Virus record (IMG/VR): IMGVR_UViG_3300030372_000590
Span: 1 to 34,638 of that record
Source of the DNA: a virus
Taxonomy: Duplodnaviria; Caudoviricetes
Direction: 5' to 3' (one strand)
DNA: 34,638 bases
This document shows positions 9,933 to 16,896 of the stretch, in pieces. Each line of letters begins with the position of its first letter. The stretch's first letter is position 1. The position numbers and the translations under genes were made by a program. The notes beneath the pieces were generated by a model. That model made no database searches. It was not told the DNA's origin and was given only the letters and a program-made list of their open reading frames with translations.

Positions 9933-10139
9933 TGTGCCAAAATACAAAAAACTTTCTTTTCTTATTTCATAATAATAATATAAAATTGAACAAGTAATTG
10001 TTAACATTTTTATTAATTATACAATAATTATGCAAAACTTTATTTTTAAAACACTAACTTCGTCCTCTTATAAGAGTTAAACTAATTCTAAGTTTATAAT
10101 CGTCCTCTTGTCTTAAAGTAAACATCATTGCTCATATCG

Positions 10140-10147
10140 CAAAAGTA
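10140..10147 (-). promoter_or_regulatory. -7 promoter box (TACTTTTG) pointing toward the terminase operon
   Basis: Exact TAnnTTTG followed by CG, in non-coding DNA. Confidence 0.45.
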
Positions 10148-10165
10148 TTTACAAACTTTCTAAAT
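10147..10165. promoter_or_regulatory. Fur-box-like palindrome ATTTACAAA-C-TTTCTAAAT
   Basis: 15/18 match to ATTTAGAAT-N-ATTCTAAAT; abuts the -7 box. Confidence 0.35.
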
Positions 10166-10525
10166 AGATGTTTATAATAAAACATAGTATTTATAAAATT
10201 GAACTTTGGTTTTGAGTGTCTACGTCTATGTGGCTAAAAGCCCCTCTCGGTCTTGGTTACGGAATTTAAAACAACCTCCTCTTTTTTTATTCAAAACATT
10301 AAAAAAACATTAAATTTTTAACTTTTTATTGTCTTTTTATGCTTGATTTCTTTAAATTCTTTAAGAAATAATCTTTTTTTTTAGTTCTAAAGAGTAAGAA
10401 CAAAGAAAAAAATCTAACATATCAAAACAAATTTATTTTTATTTATTAATCATTTGTTAAAATATAACTAATCATTTAAAAGGCCTTTAAGCGTGTTTGA
10501 TGTGCTTATAGTATGTAGATATTAG

Positions 10526-10555
10526 AAACAAAAAAAGCCCTAATTAAAGGGCTTG
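10526..10555 (-). terminator. Rho-independent terminator of the AT-rich gene island
   Basis: Minus strand AAGCCCT-TTAATT-AGGGCTT followed by a T tract. Confidence 0.85.
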
Positions 10556-10580
10556 TAATTGCTTTGTATGTTTGTTTTAT

Positions 10581-10661
10581 TTAGCAGCCAAGCAAAGCCA
10601 AAAGAAACAAAATAAAAAGCGTTGTATTACTATAATTTGTTAGTGGTAGTTGCTTAGACAT
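10581..10661 (-). CDS. 26-aa peptide resembling a lipoprotein signal peptide (MSKQLPLTNYSNTTLFILFLLALLGC*)
   Basis: ATG after AAAACAAA, overlapping the upstream gene end; hydrophobic core and LLGC lipobox, then TAA. Not in the ORF track. Confidence 0.5.
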   Translation of the reverse strand: MSKQLPLTNYSNTTLFILFLLALLGC

Positions 10662-10947
10662 TTTGTTTTATTTTGTATTTAGTTTTATTAATATTTAATT
10701 TGTAAAGAGTATTAAAATTTATAATTCTAAAGTCTTTTATTTTTAAATCATATACTTTTAAAAGATTGTATTTATTCGGGTCGTATGGCTGCTTCTTATT
10801 TGTTTTTGGCGTGTACTTCTTACCTACCATACAATTTAAAATCCTCTTTTCATTATTTGCTTTTATGAAATGAGCAGTAAAAAATTTATATTTATTTGCT
10901 TTTATTATTTCTTTTGCTTTGTCTGGTGATATTGTTTTTGTTTTCAT
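10654..10947 (-). CDS. SH3/WYL-like beta-barrel protein (97 aa)
   Basis: 'FFTAHFIK.N.EKR.LNC...LLKVYDL...FRIIN..TL' pattern of phage WYL_2/SH3-fold proteins. Confidence 0.6.
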   Translation of the reverse strand: MKTKTISPDKAKEIIKANKYKFFTAHFIKANNEKRILNCMVGKKYTPKTNKKQPYDPNKYNLLKVYDLKIKDFRIINFNTLYKLNINKTKYKIKQNV

Positions 10948-11133
10948 TTGTTTATATTTTTTCTCTAATTAATTTTATTTTCTCTTTGTTTGTCAATTCT
11001 TCGTTATCTAATATATTAATCAAATAGCATTCAAAATTTTCATTTTCTTCATGAATTAAATTTAAATTTTTTATTAAATCATATTTTGAAAATTCTTTTA
11101 AGTTTGTTTTTGTTTTCATTTGTTTATATTTTT
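10932..11133. repeat. 30-bp exact direct repeat (10932-10961 and 11104-11133) covering the leader and first codons (MKTKT) of two adjacent genes
   Basis: TTGTTTTTGTTTTCATTTGTTTATATTTTT occurs twice. Confidence 0.9.
10952..11119 (-). CDS. Small hypothetical protein (55 aa, MKTKTNLKEFSKYDLIK...IREKI)
   Basis: Translated by hand; shared leader motif; fills the gap between neighbouring genes. Confidence 0.7.
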   Translation of the reverse strand: MKTKTNLKEFSKYDLIKNLNLIHEENENFECYLINILDNEELTNKEKIKLIREKI

Positions 11134-11134
11134 A

Positions 11135-11302
11135 TTAGTTATATATTTTTATTATTTCTTTAATTACTTCATCAACTTTTTTTTCTTCTTCTTCTTGTGT
11201 TTTTGTTTCTATATTGTAAATAATTAATAAATCTGTTATTTGTTCATTAAAATTATCTGTTATTATATCAGCAATTTTTTTTATTTTTTGTTTTTCGTTC
11301 AT
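11135..11302 (-). CDS. Small acidic hypothetical protein (55 aa, MNEKQKIKKIADII...IKIYN)
   Basis: Translated by hand; AATAAACAAATG leader; fills the gap between neighbouring genes. Confidence 0.7.
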   Translation of the reverse strand: MNEKQKIKKIADIITDNFNEQITDLLIIYNIETKTQEEEEKKVDEVIKEIIKIYN

Positions 11303-11332
11303 TTGTTTATTGTTTTTAATTAATATTATAGT

Positions 11333-11938
11333 TTAGTGATATACTAGTCCGACCTTTTTATTGCTTGTAATTGCTAACAAATCGTTGTTTGATGCGTCTA
11401 TATATCCAGCACTTAATAAAGTAGTAATGTCTTTAAATATTCTAGCGTGTCTATCTTTTTTTACATTTATTAATTCATCTTTTTTTGATCCTTCACTAAA
11501 TATAATTTTTAAGTTTTTAGGTTTATTTATTTTATTATCTGTAAAAAATTTAATACTTTTTGTATAAGCATAAAAAATTACATCTTTATTTTGTGTTGCT
11601 ATATCAACCCACTTTTGCAAATACTTAATAGAGTAAAAGTCGCCGCTATCATGTATACGAATATATTTTGCTTTTTTCTTTTTTATTTCGTTTGTCATTA
11701 ATTCTACAAAATTATTTTGTTTTGTCAATTCATACTTTTTTTCCATTAGTTGTTGGATCATTGGAAACCTTGTATAATTTCCCTTTTGTGCATAACAATA
11801 TTTTATGCAATCTTTTGCAAATGGGCAAGTAATTTTACCTGATTTCGTTTTATATGCTGGTATGCTAAAATTAAATATTTTAGTATTATTTTCTAAAGAT
11901 GTTTTTTTCATCTTTGCGTTTTGTGTTAATAGGTTCAT
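11333..11938 (-). CDS. GP88-family protein (Cys motif, radical-SAM-like)
   Basis: 'TCPFAKDCIKYCYA', 'IRIHDSGDFYS' and 'FYAYTK' are hallmark motifs of the phage gene-product-88 family. Confidence 0.8.
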   Translation of the reverse strand: MNLLTQNAKMKKTSLENNTKIFNFSIPAYKTKSGKITCPFAKDCIKYCYAQKGNYTRFPMIQQLMEKKYELTKQNNFVELMTNEIKKKKAKYIRIHDSGDFYSIKYLQKWVDIATQNKDVIFYAYTKSIKFFTDNKINKPKNLKIIFSEGSKKDELINVKKDRHARIFKDITTLLSAGYIDASNNDLLAITSNKKVGLVYH

Positions 11939-11965
11939 TTTGTTTATAGTTTTATTTAGTTATTT

Positions 11966-12160
11966 TTAGAATGGTAAATAATAGTTTGCTTCTTGTAATT
12001 CTATTATTTCTTTTATTCTTTTATTTGTGTAATTTTTACAACTTTTTATAATTTCTTTGCTTTGCTCTATGTCTTCTTTTATTTGGTTTCCTTCTGTTGC
12101 GTTCATTAGTAAATAAAAAGATAGTTTATTTATTAAATTTCTTTTTTGTTTTGATATCAT
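11966..12160 (-). CDS. Hypothetical protein (64 aa)
   Basis: ORF track; ATGA overlap with the upstream gene. Confidence 0.65.
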   Translation of the reverse strand: MISKQKRNLINKLSFYLLMNATEGNQIKEDIEQSKEIIKSCKNYTNKRIKEIIELQEANYYLPF

Positions 12161-12432
12161 TTTTTTAATTTTTTGTTATATTCTTTATTATATTTTTTAT
12201 GCTCTTTTAAATATTCATCATCATATTGCAAACAACCTTGATAATATAGCCTAATATTTTCTTTTGTTTCATTTGGTATTATATACTTTTCTATGTATTC
12301 GTTAATACATTCGCAAACCTCTGAAACCTCCAACAAATTGCCGCATTCGTCACAACTGTAGTTATTGCCTTGATAGTTTGTTGGATCTTCATATGCTTGA
12401 TAAGTTTCTTTTTTCCATTCGTTAAAATTCAT
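12157..12432 (-). CDS. Hypothetical protein with possible Zn ribbon (CDECG...CEC), 91 aa
   Basis: ORF track; Cys pairs; A-rich leader. Confidence 0.65.
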   Translation of the reverse strand: MNFNEWKKETYQAYEDPTNYQGNNYSCDECGNLLEVSEVCECINEYIEKYIIPNETKENIRLYYQGCLQYDDEYLKEHKKYNKEYNKKLKK

Positions 12433-12449
12433 AATTTTTATTTTTTATA

Positions 12450-12695
12450 TTAATAATTTAATTGTATATGTAATAGAATAGAACCAATAAAAGCAATAAT
12501 CATAATGCTATAAATTAACCAAGTCGGCAAATAATCAATTAAAGTTTTTTTATTTAGTTCTATAATATTATATTTTAGATAATTATTTTTAAAAATAAAC
12601 TTTGCTAATTGCTGAGCATTAAAAATATGTTCTTGCTTTGTTTCTTTGTTTATTACTTTGTATTTACTGCCGTTTGTAATTTCTAGTTTTTCCAT
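12450..12695 (-). CDS. Hypothetical protein with C-terminal transmembrane helix (81 aa)
   Basis: ORF track; 'WLIYSIMIIAFIGSILLHI'; first gene after the promoter. Confidence 0.7.
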   Translation of the reverse strand: MEKLEITNGSKYKVINKETKQEHIFNAQQLAKFIFKNNYLKYNIIELNKKTLIDYLPTWLIYSIMIIAFIGSILLHIQLNY

Positions 12696-12729
12696 CGTTT
12701 AAAATTTTAATTAATAATTTTGTTTGCTG

Positions 12730-12762
12730 CAAATATATAAATTTTTTTAACAAAAAAACAAA
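12730..12762 (-). promoter_or_regulatory. Consensus Bacteroidota sigma-A promoter (TTTG-21 nt-TATATTTG) for the AT-rich island
   Basis: Both -33 and -7 elements at canonical spacing; inverted repeat TTTTTAACAA/TTGTTAAAAA (12744-12774) brackets the -33 box. Confidence 0.75.
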
Positions 12763-12781
12763 TATTGTTAAAAATATTATA

Positions 12782-12800
12782 ATTTATAATCATTCTAAAT
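12782..12800. promoter_or_regulatory. Fur-box-like palindrome ATTTATAAT-C-ATTCTAAAT
   Basis: 17/18 match to the 9-1-9 palindrome ATTTAGAAT-N-ATTCTAAAT, about 20 bp upstream of the -33 box. Confidence 0.55.
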
Positions 12801-12856
12801 AACTAAGTATCAACGCCTTATATAAGAAACGGGTGTGTGTGCGTGTTATAGCAAGT

Positions 12857-12953
12857 CCAGCAGTTTCACCAGCAGTTTCAGGGCAGTTTCACCAGCAGTT
12901 TCAGGGAGAGATTTTGTAAAAAAATTTTTGTAAAAAAAAATTGTAAAAAAATT
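12857..12953. repeat. Iteron-like array: 4 x GCAGTTTCA (perfect 23-bp tandem duplication at 12860-12905) followed by 3 x TTGTAAAAAAA
   Basis: Read directly; GC-containing repeats abut AT-rich repeats in non-coding DNA. Confidence 0.85.
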
Positions 12954-13302
12954 ATACAGGAATTTTCATGTACCAATCTAAAACATCCATACATTCATCA
13001 ATACCTTTAACTACTTTAGCATAGTAACCTGCTTCATTAAGATATGCCACCCATTCTTTTTGTTCTTTAGTTGGGTAAGACTTCTTGTCTGCTTTAATTT
13101 CTAGGAATAGTCCAGCATACTCTTTGTTAACTCTAAGTATCTGCATATCAGGAAAGCCTTTAACATATCCTGTCTTTTTTGCTAGGACTGCTTGTTTCAT
13201 AGAGGTTCTTATACCACCAAGACTTGCACAATATCTCAAGTCTGGATATGCAAATTTCATATATGTGCAAAATGAATATTGTACTTGTGCTTCTTTTTTC
13301 AT
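12952..13302 (-). CDS. VRR-NUC domain nuclease (116 aa)
   Basis: 'EAQVQ...GYVKGFPDM...LFLEIK...EQKEW...L...GY' PD-(D/E)xK VRR-NUC signature. Confidence 0.9.
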   Translation of the reverse strand: MKKEAQVQYSFCTYMKFAYPDLRYCASLGGIRTSMKQAVLAKKTGYVKGFPDMQILRVNKEYAGLFLEIKADKKSYPTKEQKEWVAYLNEAGYYAKVVKGIDECMDVLDWYMKIPV

Positions 13303-13310
13303 ATATAGGT

Positions 13311-13340
13311 GTACCCCCCTACACCCCCCTATACCCCCTC
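13311..13340. repeat. Three 10-bp-period C/G-tract repeats (GTACCCCCCT ACACCCCCCT ATACCCCCTC)
   Basis: Read directly. Confidence 0.85.
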
Positions 13341-13550
13341 GTTGTAGGTTGTTCCTTTTATAAGTTGGTACATTAAAGGTTGTGATACTTTATATTTTCT
13401 TGCGATAGATGATATAGTAATCTTTTGTGCTGAGGTATGGTATTCTTTTCTTATTGCGTCTGCTTCTTCAAAAGTAAACTTTCTCCTAGCAAAGCCACCA
13501 CCTCTCATGTCTTTTCTATCTTCTAATTTTATTTTTCTAATCTTTGGCAT
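13329..13550 (-). CDS. HTH DNA-binding protein (73 aa)
   Basis: 'RKFTFEEADAIR...ISSIARKYKVSQPLMYQLIKGTTY' HTH pattern. Confidence 0.7.
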   Translation of the reverse strand: MPKIRKIKLEDRKDMRGGGFARRKFTFEEADAIRKEYHTSAQKITISSIARKYKVSQPLMYQLIKGTTYNEGV

Positions 13551-13552
13551 AA

Positions 13553-13810
13553 CTAATATTCTTCTGGAAATCTGTCAGATGTTTCTCCATATTGGTCTTC
13601 TATTTCAATATCTAAAAAATTAACCTCAACATCTTCTGGTTTCTTTTTATTTATATAACATATTCTATTTATTGTATCTTCATCTTTTTTTATTTCTTCT
13701 AAATCAGAAGTTAATACAAAAGTATCTAACCTGCCTTTCTTTCCTTTTCTAACTGCTTTTTTACTTTTTATTTCGTAAGTAATAAACACTCTGAAAATTG
13801 GTTTTTTCAT
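13553..13810 (-). CDS. Hypothetical protein (85 aa)
   Basis: ORF track; ATGA coupling to the upstream gene. Confidence 0.7.
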   Translation of the reverse strand: MKKPIFRVFITYEIKSKKAVRKGKKGRLDTFVLTSDLEEIKKDEDTINRICYINKKKPEDVEVNFLDIEIEDQYGETSDRFPEEY

Positions 13811-14208
13811 CTTTCCATTGACATTTTTAATAATAATAAATAACCAATTATATCATCTACTGTATCTTCTGTTTTGTCGTTTATACCTTTGTTTTTTATT
13901 CTTGCTAATTTATCATCAAGCCTAGCACATATAGCCTCAACAGAATTTAATTTACTAAATATGTTAGATGGATTTAAAGCAGTATCTCCATATGCTTGAT
14001 TTTTTTCTTTCAGCAGTTTCACTATCCTTTCTACTACTTTATCTAAATGCCAATTAAAATTTAATTTTGGTTTATTAGATTGTATATCTAATTCCTCTTT
14101 ACTTAATAACATTTTAGGATTTATTCTTGTGTCTTCTTTATCAAAAGTACTTGTAGGAGTCCATCCATTTCTCCCAGTTTCGTAATAATATTTATTATGG
14201 TCTGTCAT
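13807..14208 (-). CDS. DUF1599 / nucleotide-modification-associated all-alpha domain protein (133 aa)
   Basis: 'KNQAYGD...RLDDKLARI...EDTVDDIIGYLLL' motif. Confidence 0.8.
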   Translation of the reverse strand: MTDHNKYYYETGRNGWTPTSTFDKEDTRINPKMLLSKEELDIQSNKPKLNFNWHLDKVVERIVKLLKEKNQAYGDTALNPSNIFSKLNSVEAICARLDDKLARIKNKGINDKTEDTVDDIIGYLLLLKMSMER

Positions 14209-14344
14209 TTTTTTTAGTTATTTTTTTGTTGTATTGTTTTAAGTTTTCTTCTATATTATTATCATCTACAAAAATAGTACAGAAAATCGCCTCTAATATA
14301 CAATATATTATAAGTATTACCCAAATCGTTGTTAATATCTTCAT
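14195..14344 (-). CDS. Small membrane protein (49 aa, MKILTTIWVILIIYCILEAIFCTIFVDD...)
   Basis: Translated by hand; ATGA overlap with the upstream gene; one hydrophobic helix. Confidence 0.6.
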   Translation of the reverse strand: MKILTTIWVILIIYCILEAIFCTIFVDDNNIEENLKQYNKKITKKNDRP

Positions 14345-14709
14345 TTTAGTAATTTTGGTTCTGGTCTGTAATAAGGTACTGACTTAGGGTCTTGCCCCAT
14401 ATCTACTTTTGACCTCGCATCCCATATTAAATCTTTATGTTTTCTCAACCATCTCATATAAGTTGGCACATTAAGATGTATAAAATCTCCATTAATAGGA
14501 GTTCTTACACCTAAGTTAAATGCGTTTTGAGCATCTTCAAAATAAAAATTTTTATAAGTTTTGGTTAAATCTTCTGCTAAACTTTGTGATAATATCATAA
14601 TAGTATCTTCATCAATATTGTTTTGACCTAACTCAATATAAGTCTTACTAATTAAATCTACCGAACCCATTAATAGTTCTTCTTTTGTCATTGTTTTTAT
14701 TTGTTTCAT
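14341..14709 (-). CDS. Putative helicase loader / initiator partner (122 aa)
   Basis: Translationally coupled immediately after the replication initiator; all-alpha 'EDAQNAFNLG...LNVPTYMRWL'. Function inferred from position. Confidence 0.5.
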   Translation of the reverse strand: MKQIKTMTKEELLMGSVDLISKTYIELGQNNIDEDTIMILSQSLAEDLTKTYKNFYFEDAQNAFNLGVRTPINGDFIHLNVPTYMRWLRKHKDLIWDARSKVDMGQDPKSVPYYRPEPKLLK

Positions 14710-15341
14710 TGTTTGAATTGTTGTTTTAGTTTTTCTTTTACATTTAAGTTTTTCTGTAAGTGTGCGTGTATTTTACTTATTCCTTTTGTACTGCTTCTTT
14801 TCTCCCAAGTACGAACACAGGCTTTCCAAGATTTCATTTTTGACTTACCTATAAACCAATTTTTACTTTCATAGAAATCAAAAAAAGTTTCTGCATCAAT
14901 ATTATTTTTTCTTTCTATACAATAATTAGAAATATCATTAATAGTTGGTTTTTTAAAACGCCCCTTATTATTACTATATGTAATATTATTATTAATACTT
15001 GTATTATTATCCTTAAACTTTTCTTTAATACCCCCCTTGTCGTTTTCTTTAATACCCCCTTTAAGAATACTTATATACCTCCTATCAATTTCTTTAGTAC
15101 CTCCTTTATAAGTATAACTAGATGATATATAGCCATTTACAATTAACTCTTTAATCCATTTAGAAATTGTAACTATACTCTTACCATAAAGATTAGAAAA
15201 GTATTTGTTTGTTGCAAAACACTCTCCATTCATATTAAGTAGTGCTGTAATTTCTGCATATAAAAGTTTTGCATTTGCTGTTAAATTTTTATCGTACCTA
15301 ACCTCAGCACTTATAACAGCATAGTAGTTTGGTTGTTTCAT
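14706..15341 (-). CDS. Phage replication initiator (N-terminal winged HTH; 211 aa)
   Basis: 'YYAVISAEVRYDKNLTANAKLLYAEITAL...CFATNKYF' N-terminus and 'FKKPTI...FFDFYESKNW..GK.KMKSWKACVRTWE' C-terminus; repeat-bearing linker. Confidence 0.88.
   Translation of the reverse strand: MKQPNYYAVISAEVRYDKNLTANAKLLYAEITALLNMNGECFATNKYFSNLYGKSIVTISKWIKELIVNGYISSSYTYKGGTKEIDRRYISILKGGIKENDKGGIKEKFKDNNTSINNNITYSNNKGRFKKPTINDISNYCIERKNNIDAETFFDFYESKNWFIGKSKMKSWKACVRTWEKRSSTKGISKIHAHLQKNLNVKEKLKQQFKQ
15019..15059. repeat. Iteron-like pair TTTTCTTTAATACCCCC (15019-15035, 15043-15059) inside the initiator gene; candidate origin
   Basis: 17-bp exact direct repeat at 24-bp period next to an AT-rich tract, as in lambda O-type origins. 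Confidence 0.65.
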
Positions 15342-15344
15342 TGT

Positions 15345-15854
15345 TTAGTTGTGTTTTTGTATTTTTAGTTCATAGCATTTTGTGTATGTTGACATAACAA
15401 CATCCCACTTACTTACATCTTTATAAGTTACCCAGCAAAATCTTGCGTATAAAGCGTTAAGAGGCTGAATGAATAGATAGTGCGTAACTTTTTTATTAGG
15501 GTTGTTATGAGCCTTAAAATTAACTCTAAGGGTATTCCCATTACTTCTAACTCCTTTAACGTCTATATAATTATATTCACCAATACCTTTCATAACTATA
15601 TCTGCCTCAACTACTGGTCTTTCTTCTAATAATGGTGCTGCTTTATATTGAACACCTTTATTGTTGTCTAATATATGTCTAGCAACTAACTCTGCAAATA
15701 TTCCTAGACTTTGTATTTTGTGTTCTTTATCTCCTCTGTATTTTTCTGTATTCTTATTATATACCTGAGCAGATAACATACTTCTCACCTTAGCAAGTTC
15801 ATCAGACAATTTGATGAAAGTGCTAGGGTAAGTTGTATTTTTCCACTTAATCAT
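15345..15854 (-). CDS. PD-(D/E)xK nuclease-like protein (169 aa)
   Basis: 'GIFAE...ADI...IDVK' catalytic pattern. Confidence 0.6.
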   Translation of the reverse strand: MIKWKNTTYPSTFIKLSDELAKVRSMLSAQVYNKNTEKYRGDKEHKIQSLGIFAELVARHILDNNKGVQYKAAPLLEERPVVEADIVMKGIGEYNYIDVKGVRSNGNTLRVNFKAHNNPNKKVTHYLFIQPLNALYARFCWVTYKDVSKWDVVMSTYTKCYELKIQKHN

Positions 15855-16129
15855 TAGAAAGGCAAGTCATCATCACCAGTAGTAGCCTTCACTTTTTTAT
15901 CAGAAGTTTTATTTTCTGCTGGTGGTTGATAGTCATTTACATAAGCATAATGAGTAGCACCTTTTTCAGATGGCTCTTTTCTTTCTGCAATTACCATTGA
16001 TACCCAACCATTTTTTGCGTTTGCTTGTAACTCATCAACTTTTAAGTTAGCAACCATCATTGATCCATATTTTGTTTCAATGTTTTTAATACTACTTGGT
16101 AAGTAGATTTTTGATTTTTTCTCTTTCAT
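15854..16129 (-). CDS. Putative single-stranded DNA-binding protein (91 aa)
   Basis: Short beta-rich domain, 'GATHY' and acidic C-terminal 'DDDLPF' SSB tail. Confidence 0.7.
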   Translation of the reverse strand: MKEKKSKIYLPSSIKNIETKYGSMMVANLKVDELQANAKNGWVSMVIAERKEPSEKGATHYAYVNDYQPPAENKTSDKKVKATTGDDDLPF

Positions 16130-16541
16130 CTTTTAGTTTTTTAATTTTATATAATTTGGTTAACGATTTTTTAATACTTAATCTTTTCTTTTCTAGTGCA
16201 TGAATTTCTTCTTCTACCTCAACTTCAATAATTTTATCTTCTACTCTTTGAAGGTTTATTGCGTCTTGCTTAAAGTTTTTAGGATGTTCATGAAAAAATT
16301 TAAATCTTTCAAAGTGATGAATCACAGATGCGTGATGCAAGTTTGTAACACTAGCAATTTCAGTTAGAGTAAGTTTAAACATTTTTCTAAGTGTGTAAAT
16401 GTATAATCTCTTTGCAAAAATTATGTTCTTTTCTCTACTACCTAGAAAGATTCTATCTCTTTCAACATTATATATATCTGCCACCTCATTCATAATAATG
16501 TTATGGTAGAAATCACTAAATTTAATTCTTCTTCTTCTCAT
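16092..16541 (-). CDS. DnaA C-terminal (domain IV)-like HTH protein (149 aa from ATG 16541)
   Basis: 'VADIYNV....I...SREKNIIFAKRLYIY..R....LTLTEIA....HHASVIH' matches the DnaA domain IV pattern; the GTG start in the ORF track lies inside a hairpin. Confidence 0.75.
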   Translation of the reverse strand: MRRRRIKFSDFYHNIIMNEVADIYNVERDRIFLGSREKNIIFAKRLYIYTLRKMFKLTLTEIASVTNLHHASVIHHFERFKFFHEHPKNFKQDAINLQRVEDKIIEVEVEEEIHALEKKRLSIKKSLTKLYKIKKLKDEREKIKNLLTK

Positions 16542-16563
16542 TTTATTTTTGTTTTTAGTTAAT

Positions 16564-16650
16564 AAACTATACAGGCAAAGAAACATAATCGCCACAAAGT
16601 ATAACCGCCCAGTTATTAAATAATTGATTATAACTCTGCCTATATAGTTT
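16564..16650 (-). ncRNA. Candidate structured RNA element (87-nt extended hairpin)
   Basis: 17-bp outer stem with two G-U pairs, plus inner stems UAUAAUC/GAUUAUG and AUAACU/GGUUAU; the wobble pairs form only on the minus strand. Confidence 0.55.
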
Positions 16651-16653
16651 AAA

Positions 16654-16896
16654 TTATTTTATATCATACACAACAGTATCTACTATATCTTGTATTTCTA
16701 ACCCAATGTAATCTGCTAGTTTTTTAGCGTGTATAAACCTCATGTTAGTTGGTGTTGCTATAAACTTTTTACTTGTTGCATAGTTAACTTCTAACACTTT
16801 ACAAAGTCTTAAATTAGATATACCATAGATTCTAAGCAATGCTTCAAATTCGTTTCTTGACTTTCGTATTTTGTTTAAAGAATATTTATTTGTCAT
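16654..16896 (-). CDS. XRE/Cro-like HTH protein (80 aa)
   Basis: 'LLRIYGIS...LCKVLEVNYAT...KKLADYIGLEIQDI' HTH pattern. Confidence 0.6.
   Translation of the reverse strand: MTNKYSLNKIRKSRNEFEALLRIYGISNLRLCKVLEVNYATSKKFIATPTNMRFIHAKKLADYIGLEIQDIVDTVVYDIK

Noticed and set aside
10040-10135. GAGGACGA(A) repeats suggesting a hammerhead ribozyme
   Set aside because: No CUGANGA core or supporting stems.
12857-12906. Possible mini-CRISPR array
   Set aside because: Units are 11-12 bp and tandem, with no unique spacers and no cas genes.
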